Part shown: positions 51,518 to 60,400 of the stretch, in pieces | Layout of the letters: every line of letters begins with the position of its first letter | Numbering within the stretch: the stretch's first letter is position 1 | DNA from: an uncultured Hyphomicrobiales bacterium | GTDB taxonomy: Bacteria; Bacteroidota; Ignavibacteria; Kapaibacteriales; UBA2268 | Reading direction: 5' to 3' | NCBI GenBank assembly: GCA_964454975.1 | Contig: CAYVVD010000008.1 | Span: 52,915 to 116,914 of the forward strand | Length of the DNA stretch: 64,000 bases | Translations under genes and position numbers: made by a program | Notes under the pieces: generated by a model | What the model saw: only the letters and a program-made list of their open reading frames with translations | What the model was told of the DNA's origin: nothing | Database searches by the model: none

Positions 51518-52879
51518 ATGATGAATAATGGAGCATATATCTGGGTTGTTGATGATGAGCGTATCGTGCGCGTATCACTGGCAGATGATCTTAGAGATGC
51601 AGGTTACAAGGTTAAAGAGTTTTCTAATGCAAATTCAGTATTGTCGGCATTCTCAACCAATGAATTTCCTGATATTATCATCACTGACATAAAAATGCCG
51701 GGTATTGACGGAGTTGAACTTTTGAAAAAAATTAAGGATATAAACAACAATATACAGGTATTAATGATGACAGCATTTGGTTCAGTCGAAAATGCTGTTG
51801 AAACTATGAAACTGGGGGCATACGACTATATCTTAAAGCCATTTAATAAGGATGAAATACTTCTTAATATCATAAAAATCCTGGAACTGAAAAAATACCG
51901 GGAAGAAAACAAATTGCTGAAAGAAAATATTGCAGCGAAGTATGACTTTACTAAATACATTGGAGATAAAAAGGATAATAACCAACTGTTCGACCTGATA
52001 AAATTGGTTGTTCATAAAGATACCACAGTATTAATAACCGGAGAAACCGGTACAGGAAAAGAATTAATAACTAATATAATTCATTATAACAGTGAAAGAA
52101 GAACGAAACCATTTATAAAAGTAAGCTGTGCCATTTTAGCCCGTGATATTTTTGAAAGTGAACTATTTGGTTACGAAAAAGGGGCATTTACAGGGGCACA
52201 GGAAAAAAATATTGGCCGCTTTGAACGTGCTCATGGCGGTACACTCTATTTGGACGATATTGACGATATTCCCCTTGAATTACAAGTGAAATTATTGCGG
52301 GCACTGGAAGAGAGGGAAATAGAGAGATTAGGAGGTGCTCAAACTATTAAAATTGATGTCAGGCTTATTGCTTCTACCAAAAAAAATCTTCTCCAACTTG
52401 TTCAGAAGGGCAATTTCAGAGAAGACCTTTACTACCGTCTTAATGTTTTTCCCATCAACCTTCCTCCATTGCGGGAACGTCATGATGATATAAAAATTCT
52501 GATAGAACATTTCATGAGGCATTTTTCAACTAATCCTGATATTTCTATTACTTCTGAAGCTCTGGATGTACTGCTTAATTATCCTTTTCCGGGTAATGTC
52601 AGGGAGTTGAGAAATATCATGGAGCGACTGGTCCTGTTGGCTCCTGGTGGAATTATCGAATTAAAGCACATACCAGGTGAACTCATTAACCGCGAACTGA
52701 TTCATCCATTCCTTTCTGTTGGTACTAAACCGCTAAACGAAATGTTGACTGAATATGAATCAATCATGATCAGGCAAGCATTGCAAAAAGCGAATAACAA
52801 CAAATCCCGTGCTGCAGATTTGTTGGGTATTCCTGCTACTACACTTTACTCCAAAATAGATAAACTAAAAATTTCATAA
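51518..52879 (+). CDS. Sigma54-dependent response regulator (NtrC/Fis family: REC, AAA+ sigma54-interaction and HTH domains)
   Basis: REC domain, then an AAA+ region with GETGTGKE Walker A and the ESELFGYEKGAFTGA motif (GAFTGA is the sigma54-contact loop). A C-terminal Fis-type HTH follows. Confidence 0.92.
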   Translation: MMNNGAYIWVVDDERIVRVSLADDLRDAGYKVKEFSNANSVLSAFSTNEFPDIIITDIKMPGIDGVELLKKIKDINNNIQVLMMTAFGSVENAVETMKLGAYDYILKPFNKDEILLNIIKILELKKYREENKLLKENIAAKYDFTKYIGDKKDNNQLFDLIKLVVHKDTTVLITGETGTGKELITNIIHYNSERRTKPFIKVSCAILARDIFESELFGYEKGAFTGAQEKNIGRFERAHGGTLYLDDIDDIPLELQVKLLRALEEREIERLGGAQTIKIDVRLIASTKKNLLQLVQKGNFREDLYYRLNVFPINLPPLRERHDDIKILIEHFMRHFSTNPDISITSEALDVLLNYPFPGNVRELRNIMERLVLLAPGGIIELKHIPGELINRELIHPFLSVGTKPLNEMLTEYESIMIRQALQKANNNKSRAADLLGIPATTLYSKIDKLKIS

Positions 52880-52899
52880 TTAGTATTGTATTCTAAAAA

Positions 52900-52948
52900 C
52901 TACGAGATATCATTTATTTCGACGAAATCTCGTAGGTTTTTTATTTAT
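52900..52948 (+). terminator. Rho-independent terminator after the sigma54 regulator gene
   Basis: CTACGAGAT...ATCTCGTAG 9-bp stem with an inner 6-bp stem (ATTTCG/CGAAAT). A GTTTTTTATTTAT tract follows. Confidence 0.65.
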
Positions 52949-52992
52949 AGGGTTACCTAAACTGAATTTGATGAAAGCTTCTATGAAATGGC

Positions 52993-53009
52993 TAAATGAC
53001 TGTCATTTA
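52993..53009. promoter_or_regulatory. 17-bp perfect palindrome TAAATGACTGTCATTTA, a candidate upstream activator (enhancer) site for the adjacent NtrC-type regulator
   Basis: Perfect dyad symmetry, about 60 bp upstream of the predicted -24/-12 promoter. Confidence 0.45.
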
Positions 53010-53068
53010 ATAATTTAGCTCAATATAAATTTGCTTGCCGCATTTTATTCAACTCTTTAAAAAAAATT

Positions 53069-53084
53069 GGTATATGTATTGCCA
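53069..53084 (+). promoter_or_regulatory. Sigma54 (-24/-12) promoter candidate: TGGTATATGTATTGCC
   Basis: The GG and GC dinucleotides are spaced exactly as in the TGGCACG-N4-TTGCW consensus. It lies ~30 bp upstream of the first ORF of the oxidoreductase operon and immediately downstream of a sigma54 activator gene. Confidence 0.55.
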
Positions 53085-53115
53085 TATATCGGCTGTGAAA
53101 CAAAATGCAACTAAA

Positions 53116-54348
53116 ATGAAACTGGAAAAAATACTAAAACTGAAAAAATTGATTTGCTTATCCCTGTTAACCGGAGTATTATTACAGGGGTGTGAATACG
53201 AGATAATACCCGGCCCAAATATTCCAAGAGAAACGGCCACAGTGGAAGCCATATATATCAAGACTGCAAATCCGGTTCTTTCCAATTCTCCAATATGGGA
53301 AGAAGCTAATTTTTCTAAAATAAGTTTATCTGACTTGATTACCGGTCAATCTTATGGTGATGGATACCGTGACGCAAACGGTACTATAAATGGCATTTCG
53401 GGTTTGGGCGGAAGTAATCAAGTTGGGCTGACATTGAAAGCCATGTACGATGATGAATATATCTATATACTGGCACAATGGAACGATTCGACATTAAACG
53501 TTCAATATAAAAATTGGTTGTGGGAAGACAATAAATGGTTTAGGGTTGGCAATACGGATAAACTCATAATTAAGTTTGAAATGGGAGAAATGAAAGATGT
53601 ATGGCAATGGAGCGCCGCACTTACTGAACCGATTGGTTACGCAACAGATGGTATTGAGGAAGAAAATATATTTAAGCCTGATGAAGGAGAATTGACTTTC
53701 GAATATTTTAGCAACGAATTGTCAAAACCGATTTTTGAGTGGGATGGTGAGGCGCCAATATTTACAAAACCCAGTGGATTCCCTGCAATTTTAGATCCTG
53801 CTTACTTTATTGCAGGTACAACCGATTACATAGGAGATCCTTCAGTCGGCAGAGTTTTATTTAAAGAAAACTGTATTGCCTGCCATGGGAATTATGGAGA
53901 AAGTGGTTTTAACCGCGTCGGTTACGGAGAAAGTCTCGACCCAGAGAAGTTGAACAGATGGAGCAGGAAGACTATGGATGATTTTATCCGCTCCGAAACA
54001 CATGATGGGAATATTGTATTTAGTACTCTCGACTATATTGACAAAGCAAATCTATTTGCCTACATACGCGGAGCAGGAGGAATCCCGGGATTCAGATTGC
54101 AAGAACCTTCGGGGAGCGCTGCCGATGTAGAAGTACAAACATTTATATCACTTGTGAAAGTAAACCCGAAAAATACTAATTATGAAGTTATGTTTAAACG
54201 AAAACTCCAAACCGGAATGCAAGACGATGTTCAGTTTAATCCGGAAACTGTTCGAGTAAGGTTCGGTATCCTTTTATCTGATAACGACGACTTGAATTTT
54301 GTTGGAGCGTTAAATCAAGAATTAATATTCCTGGAATCAAAATACTAA
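53116..54348 (+). CDS. Heme-binding lipoprotein. It has an EB_dh/DOMON-like (DMSO-reductase type II gamma-subunit-like) domain with an embedded c-type heme motif (CIACH).
   Basis: Signal peptide with a lipobox (LLQGC). A CxxCH motif appears at NCIACHGNYG. The EB_dh-like assignment comes from overall composition and motifs only (AMYDDEYIYILAQWND ... VRFGILLSDND). Confidence 0.55.
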   Translation: MKLEKILKLKKLICLSLLTGVLLQGCEYEIIPGPNIPRETATVEAIYIKTANPVLSNSPIWEEANFSKISLSDLITGQSYGDGYRDANGTINGISGLGGSNQVGLTLKAMYDDEYIYILAQWNDSTLNVQYKNWLWEDNKWFRVGNTDKLIIKFEMGEMKDVWQWSAALTEPIGYATDGIEEENIFKPDEGELTFEYFSNELSKPIFEWDGEAPIFTKPSGFPAILDPAYFIAGTTDYIGDPSVGRVLFKENCIACHGNYGESGFNRVGYGESLDPEKLNRWSRKTMDDFIRSETHDGNIVFSTLDYIDKANLFAYIRGAGGIPGFRLQEPSGSAADVEVQTFISLVKVNPKNTNYEVMFKRKLQTGMQDDVQFNPETVRVRFGILLSDNDDLNFVGALNQELIFLESKY

Positions 54349-54353
54349 AAACA

Positions 54354-54734
54354 ATGAAGAAGTTCTACAAAATACTACCGGCATTTATATTGCTTATTTT
54401 CACCTTAGCTTCGTGTGAGAGTGTTGTTTATATACCCTCCGGAGAAATACCTGCCAATCTTAGCTATAGTGAAGATGTATTAGCAATTTTTAACAGGAGC
54501 TGTAATAGAGGAGGCTGCCATAATTCGGGGGGGGTGCCACCGGATCTGTCGCCTCAAAATGGATATAACTATATGGTTTATGGTGGTATGATTGATACTG
54601 CCAACCCGGAAAACAGTTTAATATATCTAAGTATGAACGATCTAAAAAATCCGATGCCTCCGGAAGGATTACTTTCGGTTTACGAGAGAAGTATTGTCCT
54701 GGGATGGATCCAACAAGGAGCAAATAATAATTAA
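54354..54734 (+). CDS. Small lipoprotein with a PSCyt1-like (Planctomycete-type cytochrome c-like) domain and an atypical CNRGGCH (Cx4CH) motif
   Basis: Lipobox (LASC). The C-terminal MPP...WIQQGA region matches the PSCyt1 tail. The canonical CxxCH is replaced by Cx4CH. Confidence 0.5.
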   Translation: MKKFYKILPAFILLIFTLASCESVVYIPSGEIPANLSYSEDVLAIFNRSCNRGGCHNSGGVPPDLSPQNGYNYMVYGGMIDTANPENSLIYLSMNDLKNPMPPEGLLSVYERSIVLGWIQQGANNN

Positions 54735-54753
54735 CTATAAAATCTGTAAAATC

Positions 54754-55626
54754 ATGAAAGAACAAAATTTTCTCATATTGATCCTCGCGTTTGTAATTTT
54801 AACTTTTCCCATCGTTGCCCAAGACCTGATGGATGAACTGGACGCGGAAGTAGGCGAGCAAACAGAATATGCAGCTTATACATTTAAGTCTACACGTATT
54901 TTGAATGGCCACTCCATTGAGAGGATGCAAGAAAGCCAGCTCGATTTCAGAATTAACCATCGATTTGGTGAGTTGAATTCAGGATTCGAAGAGCTTTGGG
55001 GACTTGATAATGCCCTGATAAGTTTCAGCCTTGAGTATGGTATTACTGATTGGGTAATGGTCGGCCTTCGCCGAAGTACTTCTCAGAAAACCTATGATGG
55101 ATTTACCAAATTCACATTAATACGCCAGTCAACAGGAGCAGTTACAATGCCTGTTGCGATTTCCTATCTAACTGGAGTATCACTTCCATCAATCGAATAT
55201 AATGATCCTACAAGAGAAGATCTGCTGAAGCACAGACTGTCTTTTACTCACCAGATTTTAGTAGCACGAAAATTTAACGAAGAATTTTCGTTGCAGTTTA
55301 CTCCTTCATACGTTCACCATAATCAGGTTGACGAGGGATGGAGCAACGATGTTTATGCGCTTGGTATCGGTGGCAGATATAAATTCTCACGGAGGGTTGC
55401 CTTTATGTTTGAATACTTTTATTCGAGCGAAACAAGCAAACATGAAGAATTATATAATCCGTTATCGTTAGGGTTTGATATAGAAACCGGTGGCCATGTA
55501 TTCCAATTGTTTATTTGTAATTCAAAATCAATGGTTGAGAGCGAAGTTGTTGGAGGTACATTTAGCGATTGGGGTAAAGGGGAAGTGTTTTTCGGATTTA
55601 ATATCAGCCGGGTTTTTGCCCTGTAA
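54754..55626 (+). CDS. Outer-membrane beta-barrel-like protein (DUF5777-like)
   Basis: Signal peptide, alternating amphipathic beta-strand pattern, and C-terminal ...GFNISRVFAL. Start is taken at MKEQNF. Confidence 0.5.
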   Translation: MKEQNFLILILAFVILTFPIVAQDLMDELDAEVGEQTEYAAYTFKSTRILNGHSIERMQESQLDFRINHRFGELNSGFEELWGLDNALISFSLEYGITDWVMVGLRRSTSQKTYDGFTKFTLIRQSTGAVTMPVAISYLTGVSLPSIEYNDPTREDLLKHRLSFTHQILVARKFNEEFSLQFTPSYVHHNQVDEGWSNDVYALGIGGRYKFSRRVAFMFEYFYSSETSKHEELYNPLSLGFDIETGGHVFQLFICNSKSMVESEVVGGTFSDWGKGEVFFGFNISRVFAL

Positions 55627-55671
55627 TAGTCAAAGCAACATTATTTATTAATATTAATTTTAGGTTTAATC

Positions 55672-56223
55672 ATGATGAAAATAGTAATTACGGTAGTTCT
55701 AATGTTTTTTGGTTTGAACGCTGTTCATGCTCAGAAGTACATTACTAAAACTGGTGAAATTGAAATCTTTTCGGAAACATCCTTATTCACTATTGAGGCT
55801 GTTAATAATAGCGTGGCAAGTATACTAAATACTGATAATGGTGAGATAGTTGTTTCCACGCTTGTCAGATCATTTGATTTCGAAGAGGCACTTGTCGAAG
55901 AGCATTTTAATGAAAACTACATGGAGTCTCACAAATATCCTAAAGCTTCCTTCAAAGGAATTATTTCTGATTGGAATAAAGTGGATATTTCGAAAGACGG
56001 CACCTATAATTTGACTGTTAAAGGGGACTTAACTCTTCATGGAACCACAGTTAAATTATCGGAACCGGTAAAAATTGCAATAAAAAAGGATAAAATAATT
56101 GGAAACACAACTTTTATCGTTTCGCTCAAAGCTCATGGAATACAAGTGGAAGAAAGTTACAAGGACAGGATTAAAGATGAAGTTGAACTGAAAGTCCATT
56201 TTGAATATAGTCCTCATAAATAG
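55672..56223 (+). CDS. YceI-family (polyisoprenoid-binding) periplasmic protein
   Basis: 183-aa ORF with a signal peptide and the YceI-like 8-stranded barrel motif pattern. Confidence 0.75.
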   Translation: MMKIVITVVLMFFGLNAVHAQKYITKTGEIEIFSETSLFTIEAVNNSVASILNTDNGEIVVSTLVRSFDFEEALVEEHFNENYMESHKYPKASFKGIISDWNKVDISKDGTYNLTVKGDLTLHGTTVKLSEPVKIAIKKDKIIGNTTFIVSLKAHGIQVEESYKDRIKDEVELKVHFEYSPHK

Positions 56224-56256
56224 TCAAATTTTTGAACAAACTATAAAAAAGATCAA

Positions 56257-56688
56257 ATGAAAAAACTGCTTAAAATATTCCTAATAGTACTGGCTGTTGG
56301 TATCTTAGCCGGTGTGGCAGGGGTTTATTACGTATTCAATAAACCGGAAAGAAACATCGCTAAAGAGGAATCAGCATTGGTCACAAGTGCTGAAGAACTC
56401 TACCAATTGTTCAGTAATGACGAAACGAAGGTTTATGGAGAATACGGTAATAAAATACTTGAGGTAGAAGGCGAAATCGTTGAAGCAAACAATGCAGGCG
56501 GTGCTGTAACAATTGTTTTGAACGACCCGATGGAGGGGGTTACTTGTACGTTTGATAGTTTGTATTCTGCAAATAATCCGGATAAAATTGAGCAATTGGT
56601 TGTGGGAAAAACAGTAAGGGTAAAAGGGAAGTGTGACGGTTTCGATATGATACTGGGTGTTGTCCTTACCAAGTGCCTTATTCTTTAG
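56257..56688 (+). CDS. Membrane-anchored OB-fold (tRNA_anti-like) protein
   Basis: N-terminal TM helix, then a small beta-rich domain with the GEIVEANNAGGAVTIVL pattern. Confidence 0.5.
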   Translation: MKKLLKIFLIVLAVGILAGVAGVYYVFNKPERNIAKEESALVTSAEELYQLFSNDETKVYGEYGNKILEVEGEIVEANNAGGAVTIVLNDPMEGVTCTFDSLYSANNPDKIEQLVVGKTVRVKGKCDGFDMILGVVLTKCLIL

Positions 56689-56793
56689 ATATGGTTTATT
56701 GCGAGTAATTGAGACACCTATGGACATCGAATAATTATAATTTCATTTTTGATCTTAAAGCAGACTTTTTTTGAAAAAATTAATGTAATCAAT

Positions 56794-59310
56794 ATGAAAA
56801 TTCAAAGAAGAGATTTTATAAAAACATTAGCCATAGGTGGCTCCGGATTCTTATTCTTTCGACCTTCTCTGGAAGTATTTGCCGATTTTGACAATACTGC
56901 CAAGCCCATGGGCATTGAGGATGGGGAGTGGATCCCGTCAACTTGTCAGGGCTGCACTACCTGGTGTTCGGTTGAAATTTTCGTAAAAAATAAAAGAGTA
57001 ATAAAAGTTCGTGGGAACCAATATTCAAGTGTAAATCCCGGTTATGTATGTCCGCGTGGACATTTGATTCCTCAAATATTATATGATCCGGACAGGTTAA
57101 AAACACCACTAAAAAGGACAAATCCTGTAAAAAGCCGACACGCAAACCCAAAATTCATCCCTATTACCTGGGATGAAGCACTTGATGAAATCGCAGACCA
57201 GTTAATAGCACTAAGAAATAATGGGGAATCGCACAAATTCGGCGTTTTCAGGGGCAGGTACAGTTACTCGCGGGATATAATTTACACTGCAATACCAAAA
57301 ATTGTTGGTTCTCCTAACAGTATCGCACATAGTTCGAGCTGTGCTGAGGTCGAAAAATCCGGGGCATTCTTCACCGAAGGTTTTTGGGATTACCGGGATT
57401 ATGATTTGGCCAATACCAAATGCTGTGTGCTCTGGGGAGTGGATCCAACCCGGTCTAACCGACAAGTGCCCGGGGTTATGAATAGATTTCCCGACTTATT
57501 GGAACAGGCAAGCGTGATTACTATTGACCCGGTGCTCACAACGGCGGCATCAAAATCAAAATACTGGCTGCCTGTAAAACCCGGGTATGATGGTGCACTG
57601 GCTTCTGCTATTGCTCACGAAATTATGGTGGACGGATCATGGAATAAGGAATTTGTGGGTGATTTTACGGATGGAACCAACCGTTTTGTTACCGGTGAGG
57701 AAGTGAACGAAAGTTTGTTTCAGGAGAATTATAGCAATGGCCTGGTTAAATGGTGGAACCTGGAGCTAAAAGATAAACCTGCTTCCTGGGCAGCATCTGT
57801 TTGTGGCATTTCGGCTTCGCTGATAAAAAACGTAGCCATGGAAATGGCAAAAGCAGCCCCTAATGTTATTGTTTGGATGGGGCCAGGCCCCGTTATGTCG
57901 CCTAAAGGAACATACACCGCTATGGCTATTCATTGCCTCAATGGTTTGCTGGGTTCGGCTGATAACGAAGGAGGTTCCATTCGGCACGTCAAACAAAAAG
58001 TAAATGGTATACCAGATTATTCGGATTACCAGGATGATATTGCCAAAGCAGGGGCTTCGTACCAAAAAATCGACCAGAGCGGATATCTTGACCTTCCAGC
58101 ACTAAATAATGGAATATCTGGAGGCGGGGTGGTCACAAACAACGTGCCGGATGCCATGCTTGCAAAAGACCCTTACGAAATGAAAGCCGTAATTGGTTAC
58201 TGGAACAATTTTAATTTTTCCGGTACAGGTACCAGACGATGGGACGAAGCCATGGCTAAACTTCCCTTCTTTGCACACATCACTACGCATGCCTCAGAAA
58301 TGACACGCTTTGCAGACATCGTGTTGCCTGCTGCTTGTCATGCCGGTGAAAAATGGTCGTACCTGAAAAATTTTGGCAATACGTATTCAAGTATTTCTAT
58401 CCAGCAACCTCTTGTTGAGCGAATGTTTGATGTATATGCCGATGAAAATGAAATTTGCTGGAAGCTGGCTGTAAAACTCAAAGAAAAAGGCTTCTCAAAT
58501 TTATATGATTATTACTACAACGAATTTAAAGATCCTGAAACGGGCGCAAACCCAACCAACGAACATGAATTTGCCCTGTATGCCACAAAATACATGACTA
58601 AACCTTCATGGGATTTACTTCAAGGCGGATGGGATGAATTTAAGGAAAAAGGAGTGAAAAACTTCGGGCCTTATGAATTCCGCTCAAAATGGGAAGACTT
58701 TGGAACTGTCTCAGGGAAGTTTGAATTTTATTCTGAAACATTGAAAAAGGCACTGGAAGGCCATGCTGATAGACATTCAGTAACAGTAGATGAAGTTTTA
58801 GAAGCATGCAAATACGATGCCCGGGGCGAGTTGGCTTTCGTACCGCATTTTGAAGCACCCAGCCGTTGGGGCAATACCTCAGATTATCCGCTTGATTTTA
58901 TAGATGCTAAATCCCGCTTAAACAGAGAAGGAAGAAGTCAGAACAGCCCCTGGTACTATAGTTTTAAACGTTGTGATCCGGGGGATGAAAATCAAGAGGA
59001 TCTCATCAAAATCAATCCGCTTGATGCTGAAAAATATGGTATAAAAGATGGGGATATGGTCAAACTTATTACCGTGGAAGGGTTCATGGTTGGAAAAGTA
59101 AAATTGTGGGAAGGAATAAGACCCGGGACAGTGGCTAAAAACTACGGTATGGGTCACAGCGCTTACGGAAAATTTGCCTCCGAAAATTTTGAACTCGGCC
59201 TGGCCCGGGGCTCAAACAATAACGATTTCCTGCCGGCAGATTACGATAGGATATCGGGAAGTACAGCGAGAAACGGAGGTTTTACGGGAGTTAGAATTGA
59301 AAAAATTTAG
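56794..59310 (+). CDS. Molybdopterin (bis-MGD) oxidoreductase catalytic subunit with a Tat signal peptide (PsrA/ArrA/TtrA-like)
   Basis: Twin-arginine signal MKIQRRDFIKTLAIGG. The N-terminal [4Fe-4S] motif is CQGCTTWCS...CPRG (Cx2Cx3C...C), followed by MopB and molybdopterin-binding regions. Start is taken at the ATG at 56794. Confidence 0.9.
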   Translation: MKIQRRDFIKTLAIGGSGFLFFRPSLEVFADFDNTAKPMGIEDGEWIPSTCQGCTTWCSVEIFVKNKRVIKVRGNQYSSVNPGYVCPRGHLIPQILYDPDRLKTPLKRTNPVKSRHANPKFIPITWDEALDEIADQLIALRNNGESHKFGVFRGRYSYSRDIIYTAIPKIVGSPNSIAHSSSCAEVEKSGAFFTEGFWDYRDYDLANTKCCVLWGVDPTRSNRQVPGVMNRFPDLLEQASVITIDPVLTTAASKSKYWLPVKPGYDGALASAIAHEIMVDGSWNKEFVGDFTDGTNRFVTGEEVNESLFQENYSNGLVKWWNLELKDKPASWAASVCGISASLIKNVAMEMAKAAPNVIVWMGPGPVMSPKGTYTAMAIHCLNGLLGSADNEGGSIRHVKQKVNGIPDYSDYQDDIAKAGASYQKIDQSGYLDLPALNNGISGGGVVTNNVPDAMLAKDPYEMKAVIGYWNNFNFSGTGTRRWDEAMAKLPFFAHITTHASEMTRFADIVLPAACHAGEKWSYLKNFGNTYSSISIQQPLVERMFDVYADENEICWKLAVKLKEKGFSNLYDYYYNEFKDPETGANPTNEHEFALYATKYMTKPSWDLLQGGWDEFKEKGVKNFGPYEFRSKWEDFGTVSGKFEFYSETLKKALEGHADRHSVTVDEVLEACKYDARGELAFVPHFEAPSRWGNTSDYPLDFIDAKSRLNREGRSQNSPWYYSFKRCDPGDENQEDLIKINPLDAEKYGIKDGDMVKLITVEGFMVGKVKLWEGIRPGTVAKNYGMGHSAYGKFASENFELGLARGSNNNDFLPADYDRISGSTARNGGFTGVRIEKI

Positions 59311-59321
59311 GGTTTAGAATT

Positions 59322-60395
59322 ATGGCGCAAAAAGCGATGGTTATAAATTTACACAACTGCGTTGGTTGTGGTGCTTGCGGAATTGGATGCAAGGTAGAAA
59401 ATAATACCCAAATAAGCAATGATAAAACAACTTTTAATTGGGCTGATTTCCATGTGATGAACAAGGGTACTTTTCCCGATATAAAATACACTAATTATCC
59501 GGTACTTTGTAACCACTGTTCAGATGCACCTTGTGTTGATGCTTGCCCTTTGGAAGAAAAAGCCATTTTTAAGACCGCGGATGGTTTAACTATGACCAAT
59601 GAAGAGAGATGCATTGGATGTCAATCATGCATAGTAGCATGTCCGTACAGTTCAAGAGATGTTAAGAATGATGATGTTCAATATTCCATTATAAGCTTTA
59701 ATGAACCCGATGAAAAAACACATGATTATTGGGGATCATCAATCCCTTTCATCAAAAATGGTTCATCTAATCCGAAAGAAGTGGCTCAACTGACACAGAA
59801 TAAGCCTCCTTATGCAAACGATTATGAACATGAGGATTACAATGCTATAAGAAAATCGGGTGTAATAGAGAAATGTATATTTTGCGAACATCGCACCAGG
59901 AAAGGTGAACTACCGTATTGTGTGGTTGTATGCCCTTGCAATGCAAGGATTTTTGGTGATATAGATGATCCGGAAAGTGAAGTTAGTAAATTGCTGGCAA
60001 AGTATGAAGCCAAAACCTTTAAAAATAACAAAGGTGAGTTCCTTGCGAAGAACGAAAAAGGTACTCAGCCAAATGTTTACTACATACGCGATAAGGAAAA
60101 CGTAGCAACCAGTATTGTTGAAGAAAAACACATAGAAACGCAGTTTAAAGTGTATCCAAATCCTGCAAGTACGAACTTGAATATTGAAGTTTTTCTTGAA
60201 ACTAGTGATTTCATTTCAATTGATCTATATGATATTTCTGGAAGGGTTGCCTTGAATATTGTAAATAACGAGTTTACCCCTGCAGGAAACATTAAATACA
60301 ATGCGTCGCTTAATAATCTGCAATCAGGTACTTATATTTGCAGAGTACAAGTTAAAAATGTTTCTCAGGCGCAGACTGTAATTGTTACTCGATAA
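59322..60395 (+). CDS. 4x[4Fe-4S] ferredoxin-type electron-transfer subunit (PsrB/DmsB/NrfC-like) fused to a C-terminal T9SS sorting domain (CTD)
   Basis: Four Cys clusters (CVGCGACGIGC; CNHCSDAPCVDACP; CIGCQSCIVACP; CIFCEH...CVVVCPC). There is no signal peptide. The last ~84 aa (from 60141) are a type-A T9SS CTD: KVYPNPAS, IDLYDISGRVA, LQSGTYICRVQVKNVSQAQTVIV. Confidence 0.85.
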   Translation: MAQKAMVINLHNCVGCGACGIGCKVENNTQISNDKTTFNWADFHVMNKGTFPDIKYTNYPVLCNHCSDAPCVDACPLEEKAIFKTADGLTMTNEERCIGCQSCIVACPYSSRDVKNDDVQYSIISFNEPDEKTHDYWGSSIPFIKNGSSNPKEVAQLTQNKPPYANDYEHEDYNAIRKSGVIEKCIFCEHRTRKGELPYCVVVCPCNARIFGDIDDPESEVSKLLAKYEAKTFKNNKGEFLAKNEKGTQPNVYYIRDKENVATSIVEEKHIETQFKVYPNPASTNLNIEVFLETSDFISIDLYDISGRVALNIVNNEFTPAGNIKYNASLNNLQSGTYICRVQVKNVSQAQTVIVTR

Positions 60396-60400
60396 ACGTC

